Source: Octopus sinensis
Lineage: Eukaryota
Direction: 5' to 3'
DNA length: 64,000 bases
Assembly: GCF_006345805.1 (NCBI RefSeq)
Contig: NC_042997.1
Span: 131,502,001 to 131,566,000, forward strand
The notes under the pieces were generated by a model. That model saw only the letters and a list, made by a program, of their open reading frames with translations, was not told where the DNA came from and did not search any database. Positions 38,129 to 49,451 of the stretch are shown in pieces. Each line of letters begins with the position of its first letter. Position 1 is the first letter of the stretch. The position numbers were made by a program, and so were the translations under genes.

Positions 38129-38864
38129 TATGTGCATATATATGTGTGTGAGTTTGTGTTTGTCCCCTCACCACCGTTTAACAACCAGTAATGGTTTGTT
38201 TACATCCCTGTAACTTAGGAATTCAGCAAACAGAACTAATAGAATGAAAACCGAACTTAAAATAAGTACTAGGGTCAATTTGTTTGACTAAACCCCTGAA
38301 GACAGTGCCCCAGTATGGCCACTGTCCAATGACTGAAACAAATAAAAGATACCAATATTTCTAGATAAACAAAGGCAGTGAGTTTTTACTATGCTGAAAA
38401 AATGCTTAGCAGCATTTTATCTGTATTTGCGATCTGAGTTCAAATTCTGCTGGGGTTGACTTTGCCTTTCATTTTTTCAGGGTCAATAAAATCAGTACCA
38501 GATGAGCACTGGGGGTCGATATAATTGACTAATCCCCTCCCTCACAATTGCCGGCCTTGTGCCAAAGTTTGAAACCGATATTTCTAGATATAGAAACGGG
38601 TATTTGTGTGTTATCTTTATATCATCAAACATTTGATGTTAACAGTGGGAGAAGTGTCTAATTTTATAATGAAACTATCTTAGATATGATGAAGAGACTT
38701 AATTGGTTTAAAGAAAAATTTACAATATATCGAGGTAGTCATTCAGATATTTATAGAAATGACTTGATGGGTAGCCTAGTTACCCCGGGGCCAAATTCTA
38801 AATGTGTGTCTTGGATGATAACCTTGTTGCTATATAAGATAATTTTCAAAGATACTGATTACAG

Positions 38865-39006
38865 TGTGTGTGTGTATATATATATATATATACACACACA
38901 TGTAATTGAATGTGTATATGTGGATATGTATTTGGATATATATACATATATAACATGATATTATATATATGTATATATATATATATGTATGTATATATAT
39001 ATGTAT

Positions 39007-39069
<63 letters not shown>

Positions 39070-39436
39070 TATATATATATGTATATATATATGTATATAT
39101 ATATATATATGTATATATATGTATGTATATATATGTATATATATATATATGCATGTATATATGTATGTATATATATATATATATATATGCATATATGTAT
39201 GTATATATATATATATATATATGCATGTATATATGAATGTATGTATATATATATATATATATGTATGTATATATATATGTGTGTGTGTGTATATATTTGC
39301 ATGTGGGTGTATATGTATGAAAAATATGCATCCACAAGGAGACCTAACAAGATTCAAGCCTGGTCACTGCTTCACCACTGACAGAGTAAGAGTGTGTATG
39401 TATGTATGTATGCATGCATGCATGCATGTATGTAAG

Positions 39437-39487
<51 letters not shown>

Positions 39488-39492
39488 ACACA

Positions 39493-39523
<31 letters not shown>

Positions 39524-39530
39524 TCATACA
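38865..39530. repeat. Long compound (TA)n/(TATG)n/(CA)n microsatellite
   Basis: Directly visible; explains the YIYI ORFs. Confidence 0.97.
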
Positions 39531-39961
39531 GAATCATGCACTATTTAACCATGCTATATAATACTTAATGTCAATGCCAAATTCACTATCTTTTAGATAG
39601 CACATTTGTGCTGGTATGTATATATGCACACATACCTCATAATCTTTTCCATGCTTGCATGGTGTGTTGGAGTTTATTGAACCAGATTCTCTACATCTGG
39701 ATGCATTTCCTGTCGCCAACACCCACTTGTTTCCTAGCAAGGTAATATTTCTCATTTCCAGAAACACTTATGCAGAATATCAGCAATAAATATAACACTG
39801 CTTGTATGACAGGGACACTCATTTACAACTATCATGTGATGTCAAGACAAGGAGACACAAACTCACACAAACTCACACATGTAAACTTTTTTAATTTAAT
39901 CAAAAATATATATATTCAGATAAAAACTTAATGCATTTTCAACCGTTTCTTAGTATTTTCC

Positions 39962-40007
<46 letters not shown>

Positions 40008-40174
40008 CTTTATTTAAAAGTAGCAGAAATATAACAAAAGCTGTTACTCAGAGTTTCATGTTCCCGTTCATCCGACAGTTTTGTTAAAAAAAACAAAAAA
40101 AAACTGTCCGACGAACGGGAACGTGAAACTCTGATTAACAGCTTTTGTTATATTTCTGCTGCTTTAAAGTAAAG
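40008..40174. mobile_element. Fold-back Penelope-like pLTR remnant with a hammerhead-like motif in each arm
   Basis: ~75-bp inverted arms; right arm CTGT-CCGACGA-ACG ggaa CGT-GAAACTCTGA-TTA-ACAG (40104-40141). Confidence 0.75.
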
Positions 40175-40244
40175 CATTTTACTCTACCTCTGGTATTTGA
40201 GTACTCTTTTTTCCACCTTGTTTCACATTTATATGCTTACTCCG

Positions 40245-40427
40245 GTAAAAAGCACCCACTACACTCACGGAGTGGTTGGCGTTAGGAAGGGCATCCAGCT
40301 GTAGAAACATTGCCAGATTAGACTGGAGCCTGGTGCAGCCTTCTGGCTTCCCAGAACCCTGATCGAACCGTCCAACCCATGCTAGCACGGAGAACGGACG
40401 TTAAACGATGATGATGATGATGATGAT
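40245..40427 (+). mobile_element. SINE family D, 5' truncated
   Basis: Family body and (GAT)n. Confidence 0.9.
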
Positions 40428-40552
40428 ATATATACACACACACATACACATATAAATTTATATATATATAATGATGCTGATGATGATGATGATATATATA
40501 TATATATATATAGTCAATTCAATAAACAATCAAAACAGATAACAAGAGAGAG

Positions 40553-40585
40553 TTTGATGTTTCAAGTATAGCTCTTCATCGGAAA
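40553..40585 (-). ncRNA. Degenerate hammerhead motif, same family as 28738-28772
   Basis: TTT-CCGATGA-A-GAGC tat ACTT-GAAAC-ATC-AAA. Confidence 0.55.
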
Positions 40586-40760
40586 AGAGAAATGGAAAAG
40601 CTCAAAGAAGGAAAAGAAATTGCCAACAGCATGTGTGTTATTACATAGCTGAAGTGTATATGTATAATATATATATACATATATACATTTTTACTGAATC
40701 TTTGCATTAACATATATCTCCTTGCAACAATGTAGCCTTTCATCTAATCAAGAAATCCTT

Positions 40761-40843
40761 GTCCTGAAGAGTAGCCGGCAGTATACATCTCATATGGATT
40801 TTAGCACTTTTGAGGTTCCACTCACTATGAAACATATGTAGCC
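40761..40843 (+). ncRNA. Degenerate hammerhead motif with long stem-II insert
   Basis: GTC-CTGAAGA-GTAG ... CTAT-GAAAC-ATAT-GTA-GCC. Confidence 0.5.
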
Positions 40844-40897
40844 TGGATATCGCATACGACATCCCTTAACTCTTGTATGTGCGTGTGTATGTATGAT

Positions 40898-40929
<32 letters not shown>

Positions 40930-40930
<1 letters not shown>

Positions 40931-41313
40931 TGAGGCAAGTGAAAGCAAAATTGAAATCGAAATCAAATTCAATGACTGGCATCCGTGCTAGTGGAGTACT
41001 AAGAGCACCATCCAAGTGTGACTGTTGCCAGAGCAGCAAACTGGTTTCCATGCCAGTGGCACGTAAAAAACACCATTCAAGCTTGATCGTTACCAGTGTT
41101 GCCTTACTGGCACTTGTGCCGGTGGCATGTGAAAAAACATTCGAGCGAGGGCATTGCCCGTGCCACTGAACTGGCTCCTGTGCAGGTGGCACGTAAAAAA
41201 CATCATTTGAGCATGGTCGATGCCAGTACCACTTGACTGACCCTTGTGCAGGTGGCACATAAAAGCACCCACTACACTCTCGGAGTGGTTGGCATTAGGA
41301 AGGGCATCCAGCT
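40930..41313 (+). mobile_element. SINE family D, long multi-module form, 3' truncated
   Basis: 4-5 GTGGCAC(G/A)TAAAA modules then AGGAAGGGCATCCAGCT. Confidence 0.85.
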
Positions 41314-41499
41314 CAACACATTTGGAGTTACATATATCATTTAATAACAGTTTCAGTTCCATGCAGCTTAAAGTTTTGAGGATTTACAAAAGAAACCCAG
41401 TTCTTTAGGCTTAGAGCTTGGTTTATTTTACCAGCCTATGAAACTTTTTAGTGCATGGAGCAAAATCAAACTCTTACTAAATAACATATTCACATACCT

Positions 41500-41783
41500 C
41501 AGTGGTTCCCAAAGTGGGCAGTATTGCGCCCCTCCCCCCTGGGGAAGGTGAAAAGTTCCAAGGGGGTGTTGAAGAAAAGCGAGGCGATAATGGGGTAGCA
41601 ATTCATATAAAAACAACAAAAAAATGGGTTCATGAGGTTAAGATTTATTTATGAAATATAGTTGCTTAGAATTTTTGCTTCAGAAAGGGGTCTATGTTTG
41701 TGATAGTTAATTGGGGTGGGGGCACTAGGAATGTGGCCTGGGTGTCAAGGGGGCAGCAATCCAATAAAGTTTGGGAACCACTG
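41500..41783. mobile_element. hAT MITE
   Basis: TIR CAGTGGTTCCCAAA / TTTGGGAACCACTG; imperfect 8-bp TSD ACATACCT/ACATATGT. Confidence 0.88.
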
Positions 41784-42942
41784 ACATATGTGATGGACAT
41801 TTCTTGGTTTCTACCTACCAGATCCACTCACAAAACTTTGGTAGGCATGAAGCTTTGGTAGAAAGGTCTTGCCTAAGCTGTCAAGCAGTTGAATTGAAAC
41901 AAGAACCACGTGGTGAGGAAGAAAACTTCTGAAGCACACAGCCATTCCTGTGCCTACACACACACACACATACACACACAAACCATATTTACATTGCAGA
42001 ATTGAATTTATTTATAAAAAAGCTGAATGGCTTCCTGTTGCTCCATCTGTGACAGTAAAATATCTTGTATTCTGTGCCAGTATCCATATGTCTTACAGTT
42101 AGGCTGTGTTGAATGTCAAATGTCTTGGCATATTTTTAAGTTAATTGTATTATGCACAGCCAGGAAGACAAACACTATCATAAGCCAAATATAAATAAAG
42201 GTACCCTCAAATGAAAGTCCCAGATGAATGAAGAGATAGTTAAACAGTATAAACAGAAAAATAGGACTATATATATATGTATATATATGTAGGTATGTAT
42301 GTCATTGTTCATGTATGTATACAAATAAATATAGAATAATTATATTTGAATTTCCCACCAATATTTTGAATACTCTCAGGTATTTTCTAGATGTGCATGT
42401 GTGTATGTATGTATTTGTTTATTTGTAGGAATATGTATGGATGTATATGTGTATATATATATATATAGGTGTATGTATTTATTTTTAAGATTACGAGTAC
42501 TGCAGCATGCATGTGTATACTCATACATAGATATATGTATGTACACGCATACATCCATACACTAGAAACTATTTTATAAATGCAATTTTTATATATTTAT
42601 ATATATATATATAGAACATACCAATAGACAACAACTATGCAGAACGTGCATGTATGCATACACACATGCTATGTCTCTATTTCCTCACCCTCTCTCCTTT
42701 TATCTTCCTCTTTCTCTCTCTCTCTCTCACTTATCTCTTTCTCCCCCTCTCTCTCACACACACACTCTGTAGCATGAGAAGTAGAAAAGAATTTTCCTAA
42801 TGCTGAGAACTTATTTAGCATCTGTTTTTACAGCCTTACTACTGTACTTCAAATATTCAATGTCAATCACATTATTTTAAATCTTTCCAGTAAAATAGAG
42901 TTACCATATATATATGTATATGTGTATGTGTGTATATGTATA

Positions 42943-43102
42943 AGCACAGGAGTGGTTGTGTGGTAAGTAGCTTGCTTACCAACCATATGGTTCCAGGTTC
43001 AGTCCCACTGCATGGCACCTTGGGCAAGTGTCTTCTACTATAGCCTCTGGCCGACAAAAGCCTTGTGAGTAGATTTGGTAGACAGAAACTGAAAGAAGCC
43101 TG

Positions 43103-43154
<52 letters not shown>

Positions 43155-43240
43155 GTTGTGTTTGAGTGCCTGTGTTTGTACCCCCAACATCACTTGACAA
43201 CGGATGCTGGTGTCTTTACATCCCTGTAACTTAGCAGTTC
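42943..43240 (+). mobile_element. SINE family A, 3' truncated
   Basis: Head and body match. Confidence 0.9.
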
Positions 43241-43346
43241 ATGAGAGAATATTATTCCAAACTTACAGGGGAAAAAAAAAATAATATATATATATATATG
43301 TAAAAACAAGTCAAAATAGAAAATGCTAAAATAATTTTATAAAGAA

Positions 43347-43394
43347 CATTTCAGTACCGGTTTCGGTCATTTTGAGACCTTTTCAACTGTAACG
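43347..43394 (-). ncRNA. Minimal type-I hammerhead with U3-A8 core variant
   Basis: CGTTA-CAG-TTGAAAA-GGTC tcaaaat GACC-GAAAC-CG-GTA-CTG-AAATG. Confidence 0.72.
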
Positions 43395-43666
43395 ATTAAA
43401 TAATTAAATTTGGAAAAATTAAAAGAAAAGTTTTTTTAAGGGAATATTTGTATAGTGTTCAAATATAAGTGGCATTCTGCCTTTCTCTGTCTCCCTTGTT
43501 TGCACTTGTGTGTTCGAGGCCGTTTATATATATATATGTATGTATGTATATGTCAGCCTGGGGCTATAGTAGTAGCCACTTACCAAATGTACTACACAAC
43601 GGGACTGAAACCAGAATCATGTGGCTGAGAAGCAAACTTCTTACCTCACAGCCATGCCTGTGTTCA

Positions 43667-43709
<43 letters not shown>

Positions 43710-44838
43710 GTGCACACTTTCGAACTAGCTTTGCTAGCTGCTTTCTGCAGAGAAGCTTTTAATCATAATCAATGTACCATTATAGAAAGAATTTTCAATG
43801 AAAAGAAAAAGAAAGAAGAAAAATGTAAACCAAATAGGCCACCTGCCCTTTCGTTTCACTCACACACACCACACACACACATATACATATATATGTAAGG
43901 AGGAGAGAGCTGTAAAGGCAGGGACTCTATGCACTTCCCAACAAGAGTATTGTTGCACTTAAAATCATAAGTATATGTTGTGTGTATTTGTGTGCAGTAC
44001 GCATGCACATGCACACCAACTCACATATGTCTATGCACATCTTTGCAACATGCACTGACTGTAAAGATGTGTTTATGTTCTGCTGATTGGGTATAGTGTA
44101 AGCTAGGAAATGAGTCAAGTTCACTTTCTATTATATAAAAAGAAAAGGTCAAAGGTGAACAGCAGTAGGTTTATGCAGAACCACTTCTACATCTAAGTCA
44201 AGTGAAGGAAGTAATAAGTTTTCAAACTTCTTCACCACTTCATAAGCAATCTGCCCAAGGAGATTGGTACGCAGGAGCAAGTAAGACTAAGCCAAACAGT
44301 TACATAGCTATGATCAGCTAATGAGCAAGCCTTCATGATGTTGCTTAAATTGCTAGAAATTGTAGCTAGTTCTTCCTCAAATCACACTTGTCCATCTTAG
44401 ATGGTTTCAAATTTAGGCAAAAGGCCTAAAATTTTTAAGAGAGGAGGTAAATTGATTACATTGACCACAGTACTTGACTGGTACTTAATTTATTGACCCT
44501 AAAATGATGAAAAGCAAAACTGACCTCAGCAGAATTTGAACTCCAAACATCAAAAGCCAAAGAAATGCCATAAAGCATATTGTCTGAGGTGCTAATGGTT
44601 CTGTCAGCTCACCTAGATATGTTTTAATCACATTACCAAATTTTTATTTTCATGTGAAATCATCACAAATTTCTTAAAGAACTACTTTGCTTCATAAAAA
44701 AGCTTTGGCTAAACTAATTAAAGAAATTTTTAATGAGGCAAGAATTCTCATAATTTTGTTCAATGTTTACATGAGAAGTGCTCTCCTCCATGAATATGAA
44801 TACATCATAACAAATTATTAATTTTGTATTCATTGCAT

Positions 44839-45002
44839 AGGCGTGGGTATGGCTGAGTGATAAGAAGTTTACTTTCCAACTGTGATTTCAGGTTCAGTCC
44901 CATTGCAAGGCTCCTCGGGCAGGTATCTTCTACTGTAAATTCAGGCCAACCAAAGCCTTGTGAGTGGATTTGGTAGATGGAAACTGAAAGAAGCCTATTG
45001 TG

Positions 45003-45005
<3 letters not shown>
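44839..45005 (+). mobile_element. SINE family A 5' half (a matching 3' half lies at ~46750-46935)
   Basis: Head/CORE part ends in (TA)n; tail motifs resume after ~1.7 kb of nested inserts. Confidence 0.75.
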
Positions 45006-45039
<34 letters not shown>

Positions 45040-45661
45040 TAAAGAAAACTTATGTAGAGAATGTTAACATTAACAATACTCAGAAACAATCTAGAATTAA
45101 AGTGCTCCAATTGAGCTAAGTTCCAATTTATGATTTCAATGGAGGCAATACCAGCGGAAAACTAGAGGATCATGACCTATTATCCAATAGAATATTCAAT
45201 ATATATGTGTGTACCTTCATTGGACATTAATCAATCAATATAAAGTTCCAGATAATACAGTATCAAAACATACAAGTATATAAGCATATAAATATTTAAT
45301 ATCTAAAAATACGCAAATGTTTAAAAATATTTTAAAATATGTTGGCATTATAAATATATAAATACATAAGTAGATATACAAATAGATATAAAAATAGATA
45401 TAAAACGTTGATATGATATAATATAAAAACTCGTAAGTATTTAAAAATATTCAAAAATGCGCATATATGTAAGTACACAGGCAAAATATAAAACATCAAC
45501 ATAATATAAGACTTATAGAATTAATAATTCACACAATAATTATTAATTCACATGATAAGATAGAAGGTAATAAAGATTCACAAGTAACAACACGGAGTCC
45601 AGTGGAAAATTTGAGATTATACAACATTAACAGGACATACTAATACATGAAGATAATGTTC

Positions 45662-45747
45662 CATCGACGGGCCATTTCAGAGATGTGTCCGATAATATAA
45701 TATAAATTTCATATTTTAATGAAACATACACTCCCCTCATCAGGATG
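45662..45747 (-). ncRNA. Hammerhead motif with long AT-rich stem-II loop, inside a probable pLTR remnant (~45036-45810)
   Basis: CATC-CTGATGA-GGGGAGTGT ... ACACATCTCT-GAAA-TGGCCC-GTC-GATG; stem I CATC/GATG. Confidence 0.68.
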
Positions 45748-45876
45748 CTTCGCAAAAAGTCACAATGATTGCAACATATAAAAGGATAACTTACTTCGTT
45801 ATATTCTAGCCAATTTCAAAAGGTCTTATTGACAATATCAAATTGAAATATAAAATGGCAACAGTTTACCCATTGC

Positions 45877-45923
<47 letters not shown>

Positions 45924-46009
45924 CTGATACACCTGTTGTTCCCTCACTTGTGTTTGTCTTTTGTTTTTTGTACATTTGAACTGTATATATATATATATAT
46001 ATATATATA

Positions 46010-46359
46010 TGCTGTGATTGAGAGTATCCGACAAAGTGACATCACAGCAATGGCCGATGCCAGTGCTGCATGATTGGCACATGTTGGTGGCACATAAACT
46101 GAACTATCTGAACATGGTTGATGCCAGTGGCATGTAAAAAGCACCATCTGAACGTGGTCAATGCCAATGCTCTCTGACTGGCTCCCATGTCATCAGCACA
46201 TAAAAAGCACTCACTACACTCTCAGAGTGATTGGCGTTAGGAAGGGCATCCAGCTGTAGAAATATTGCCAGATCAGATTGGAGCCTGGTGCAGCTGCTGG
46301 CTTTCCAGACCTTAGTCAAACTGTTAAACCAATGCCAGTATGAAAATTGGATGTTAAAC

Positions 46360-46360
<1 letters not shown>
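46010..46360 (+). mobile_element. SINE family D, diverged
   Basis: Modules plus TTGGCGTTAGGAAGGGCATCCAGCTG. Confidence 0.85.
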
Positions 46361-46398
<38 letters not shown>

Positions 46399-46463
46399 AT
46401 CAACAAGTGAGACCACGTAGCCACTACACACATTTTTTTTCTCTCCTTGTTTTTTCTGTGTAC

Positions 46464-46499
46464 CTTTCTGTAGAAGAGCATAGGCTTGAAATGTAAAAG
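46464..46499 (+). ncRNA. Degenerate hammerhead motif in a ~195-bp element (46397-46592) embedded in (TA)n
   Basis: CTTT-CTGTAGA-A-GAGC atag GCTT-GAAAT-GTA-AAAG; stem I CTTT/AAAG. Confidence 0.65.
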
Positions 46500-47437
46500 A
46501 CTTTTTCTATTCCTGAGTGCTATACTAATATATCTGTTTGTTTTGTACACCACCTGCCTTCGTCTTTTGTTTATTTTCGTAAACTTTCCCTTTATATATA
46601 TATATATATATATATAATAATAATATTAGGGAATGTGTTTAATTTTTTTCTATATGGTATGATTTAATTATATCATTGTTGAATTGCTACATGGTGGTTC
46701 TTCTCTAACTTATATCTATCTCTCTCTCTCTCTATATTATATATATATAATCATTTGTGTTTGTCCACCACTGTTTCACAACTGGTGTTGGTTTGTTTTT
46801 CTCCATAACTTACAGTTCAGCAAAAGAGACCTATAGACTAAGTACCAGCCTGATAAATAAGTACTGGGGTTGATTTCTTCAATTCAAAATAGTGCTCCAG
46901 CATGGCTGTGGTCCAATAAGGGAAACAAGTAAAAGGTATGAATAAAATTAAACTGCATACATTTGTAAACAGGAATTCAGCTGTCATAAATAATGACAAA
47001 ACACCTGATGTCTGTTATATGTGTGTTTGTGTGTGTGTATGCACTTATGAGTGTGCATTGTCTCAAGTGTATATTGCTACACGACTACACTGGTCTACTT
47101 TATCTCAGTGATTTGTGCTCGCAAGCTGTAAAACTTAATCCTATTGAGTGTTAAGCTTAATCAATCCACCAGGGAAATATCGGGAATCATCATTATTATT
47201 CTTAACCCAGATTCTTTCAAGTCAAGATAATTTTTTTTTTCACTTTTTGCAAATTGCATTTTTAGATTGTTTTTACTTTAAAAAGAATCTAAAAAATTCT
47301 TCAGTTTATTCTTGTTTTTAATTTTTGAGGTTTTAGGTTTTTTTTAGCAGTCATGTAAGATGTGGCATTGTTAGACCATCCACTACTTGCAGGAATGATT
47401 ATACATAAGGTTTGCTGTATGATCTCTCCTCATGGTG

Positions 47438-47743
47438 ATCATCATCATCATCATCGTTTAGCATCCGCTTTCCATGCTGGCATGGGTTGGACAGTGCAAC
47501 AGGGGTCTGGGAAGCCAGAAGGCTGCACCAGGCCCAGTCTGATCTGGCAATGTTTCTATGGCTGGATGCCCTTCCTAACGCCAACCACTCCATGAGTGTA
47601 GTGGGTGCTTTTTTACGTGCCAGACGAGGCTGACAAACGGCCACGATCGGATGGTGCTTTTTACATGCCACCGGCACGGAGGCCAGGCCAGGCTGGCAAA
47701 CAGCCACGATCGGATGGTGCTTTTTACGTGCCACCGGCACGGA
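47438..47743 (-). mobile_element. SINE family D
   Basis: Same subfamily as 25849-26140. Confidence 0.9.
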
Positions 47744-48057
47744 GGTGATAATTGATCATCATTTAATGCCCATTTTTCTCTTCATGCATAAGTGAGATGG
47801 AATTTGTTGAGGCAGATTTCCTTCAACCGGATACCTTTCCTGTCACCAACCCTCATTTGTTTCCAAGTAGAGCAACATTTCCCCATGGCTAGACATGTTT
47901 TCCTTTCTACACTGGTAATAAACACATCACTTGTACGATGGTTTACAACCATCATGTGATGCCTCAAGAAGAATACAAACACACACACACACACACATTA
48001 ACCTCTAACATCTACCTCCACCTATTTACTCCCCACTCACACTCCTCTCTTTTTACG

Positions 48058-48265
48058 CTCTTTTACTTGTTTCAGTCATTTGACTGTGGCCATGCTGGAG
48101 CACCGCCTTTAGTTGACCAAATTGACCCCAGGACTTATTCTTTGTAAGCCTAGTACTTATTCTATCGGTCTCTTTTTGCCGAACCACTAAGTTATGGGGA
48201 CGTAAACACACCAGCATCAGCTGTCAGGCGATGTTGGTGGGGGACAGACACAGACACACAAACAT

Positions 48266-48308
<43 letters not shown>

Positions 48309-48470
48309 TATGACGAGCTTCTTTCAGTTTCTGTCTCCCAAATCCACTCACAAGGCTTTGGTCGGCCCGAGGCTATAGCAAAAGACACTTGCCTAAGGTG
48401 TCACGCAGTGGGACTGAACTTGGAACCATGTGGTTGGTAAGCAAGCTACTTACCACACAACCACTCCTGC
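48058..48470 (-). mobile_element. SINE family A, full length
   Basis: Head to tail match. Confidence 0.93.
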
Positions 48471-48929
48471 ACCACAGATTCTCTCATCCTCCTCCCATGA
48501 TCTATTTTCTGTATCTTTTCATGTACCCACCTTACTCCTTGAGAGTTTGCTCGAGCAACTCATCACCACCTTCCCCGTTATCTCTTCCAACCATGTATCC
48601 CCTCCGTAGCAAGACACCTGTGCTTGTCACTCCATCATACTTTCAACATCTGACATACAGCCATCTACCTCCACCTTCCCCTCCCAAATTCTTCCTCTTA
48701 GTATTGGAAGCTTTTTCCCTTTCCTTTTCCTCTGTTCTTTTATGTCTTGCATGTTTCATGGCAACCTCACTAGTGTCGGTGACGCATCAAAAGCACCCTG
48801 TGCACTCAGTAAAGCAGTTGGCATTAGGAAGGACATCAAGGATTGGAAAACATGCTAAAGATGACAATGGAGTCTAACACAGCCCTGCAGTTTGCCAATT
48901 CCTACTCAAACTGTCCTGTCCATGCCAAC

Positions 48930-49251
48930 ATGGAAAGTAGATGTTAAATGATAATAGTGATGTGTGTGTGTCCTTCAACTAACAAAAAAAAACATTTTTG
49001 GCCTTGTTGACACATTGCTTTGGTAGTGAATTTACCATCATCACCCTCCCTAATCACCACTAAACCATACAGGAAGTCATGCTTTCCTTATGGAAAAGTA
49101 TATGTTAAATGATAATAGTGATGTGTGTGTGTCCTTCAACTAACCAAAAAAAAAACATTTTGGCCTTGTTGACACATTGCTTTGGTAGTGAATTTACCAT
49201 CATCACCCTCCCTAATCACCACTAAACCATACAGGAAGTCATGCTTTCCTT
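48930..49251. repeat. Tandem duplication, 2 x ~160 bp
   Basis: ATGGAAA(A)GTA.ATGTTAAATG...GTCATGCTTTCCTTA twice. Confidence 0.95.
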
Positions 49252-49418
49252 AAATTAATGACTTTATTTCATCATTTTGACATAAACATTTAAAAAGTGC
49301 AAGTATAACTGTGTGGTTAAGAAGTTTGCTTCCCAACCACATGGGTTCAATCCTACTGCAAGGCACCTTTGGTAAGTGCCTTTTACTATAGCCCTGGGGT
49401 GACCAAAGCTGTGTGAGC

Positions 49419-49451
<33 letters not shown>

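Noticed and set aside
38830-39568. Overlapping 100-200-aa YIYI/HTHT ORFs
   Set aside because: Microsatellite translations
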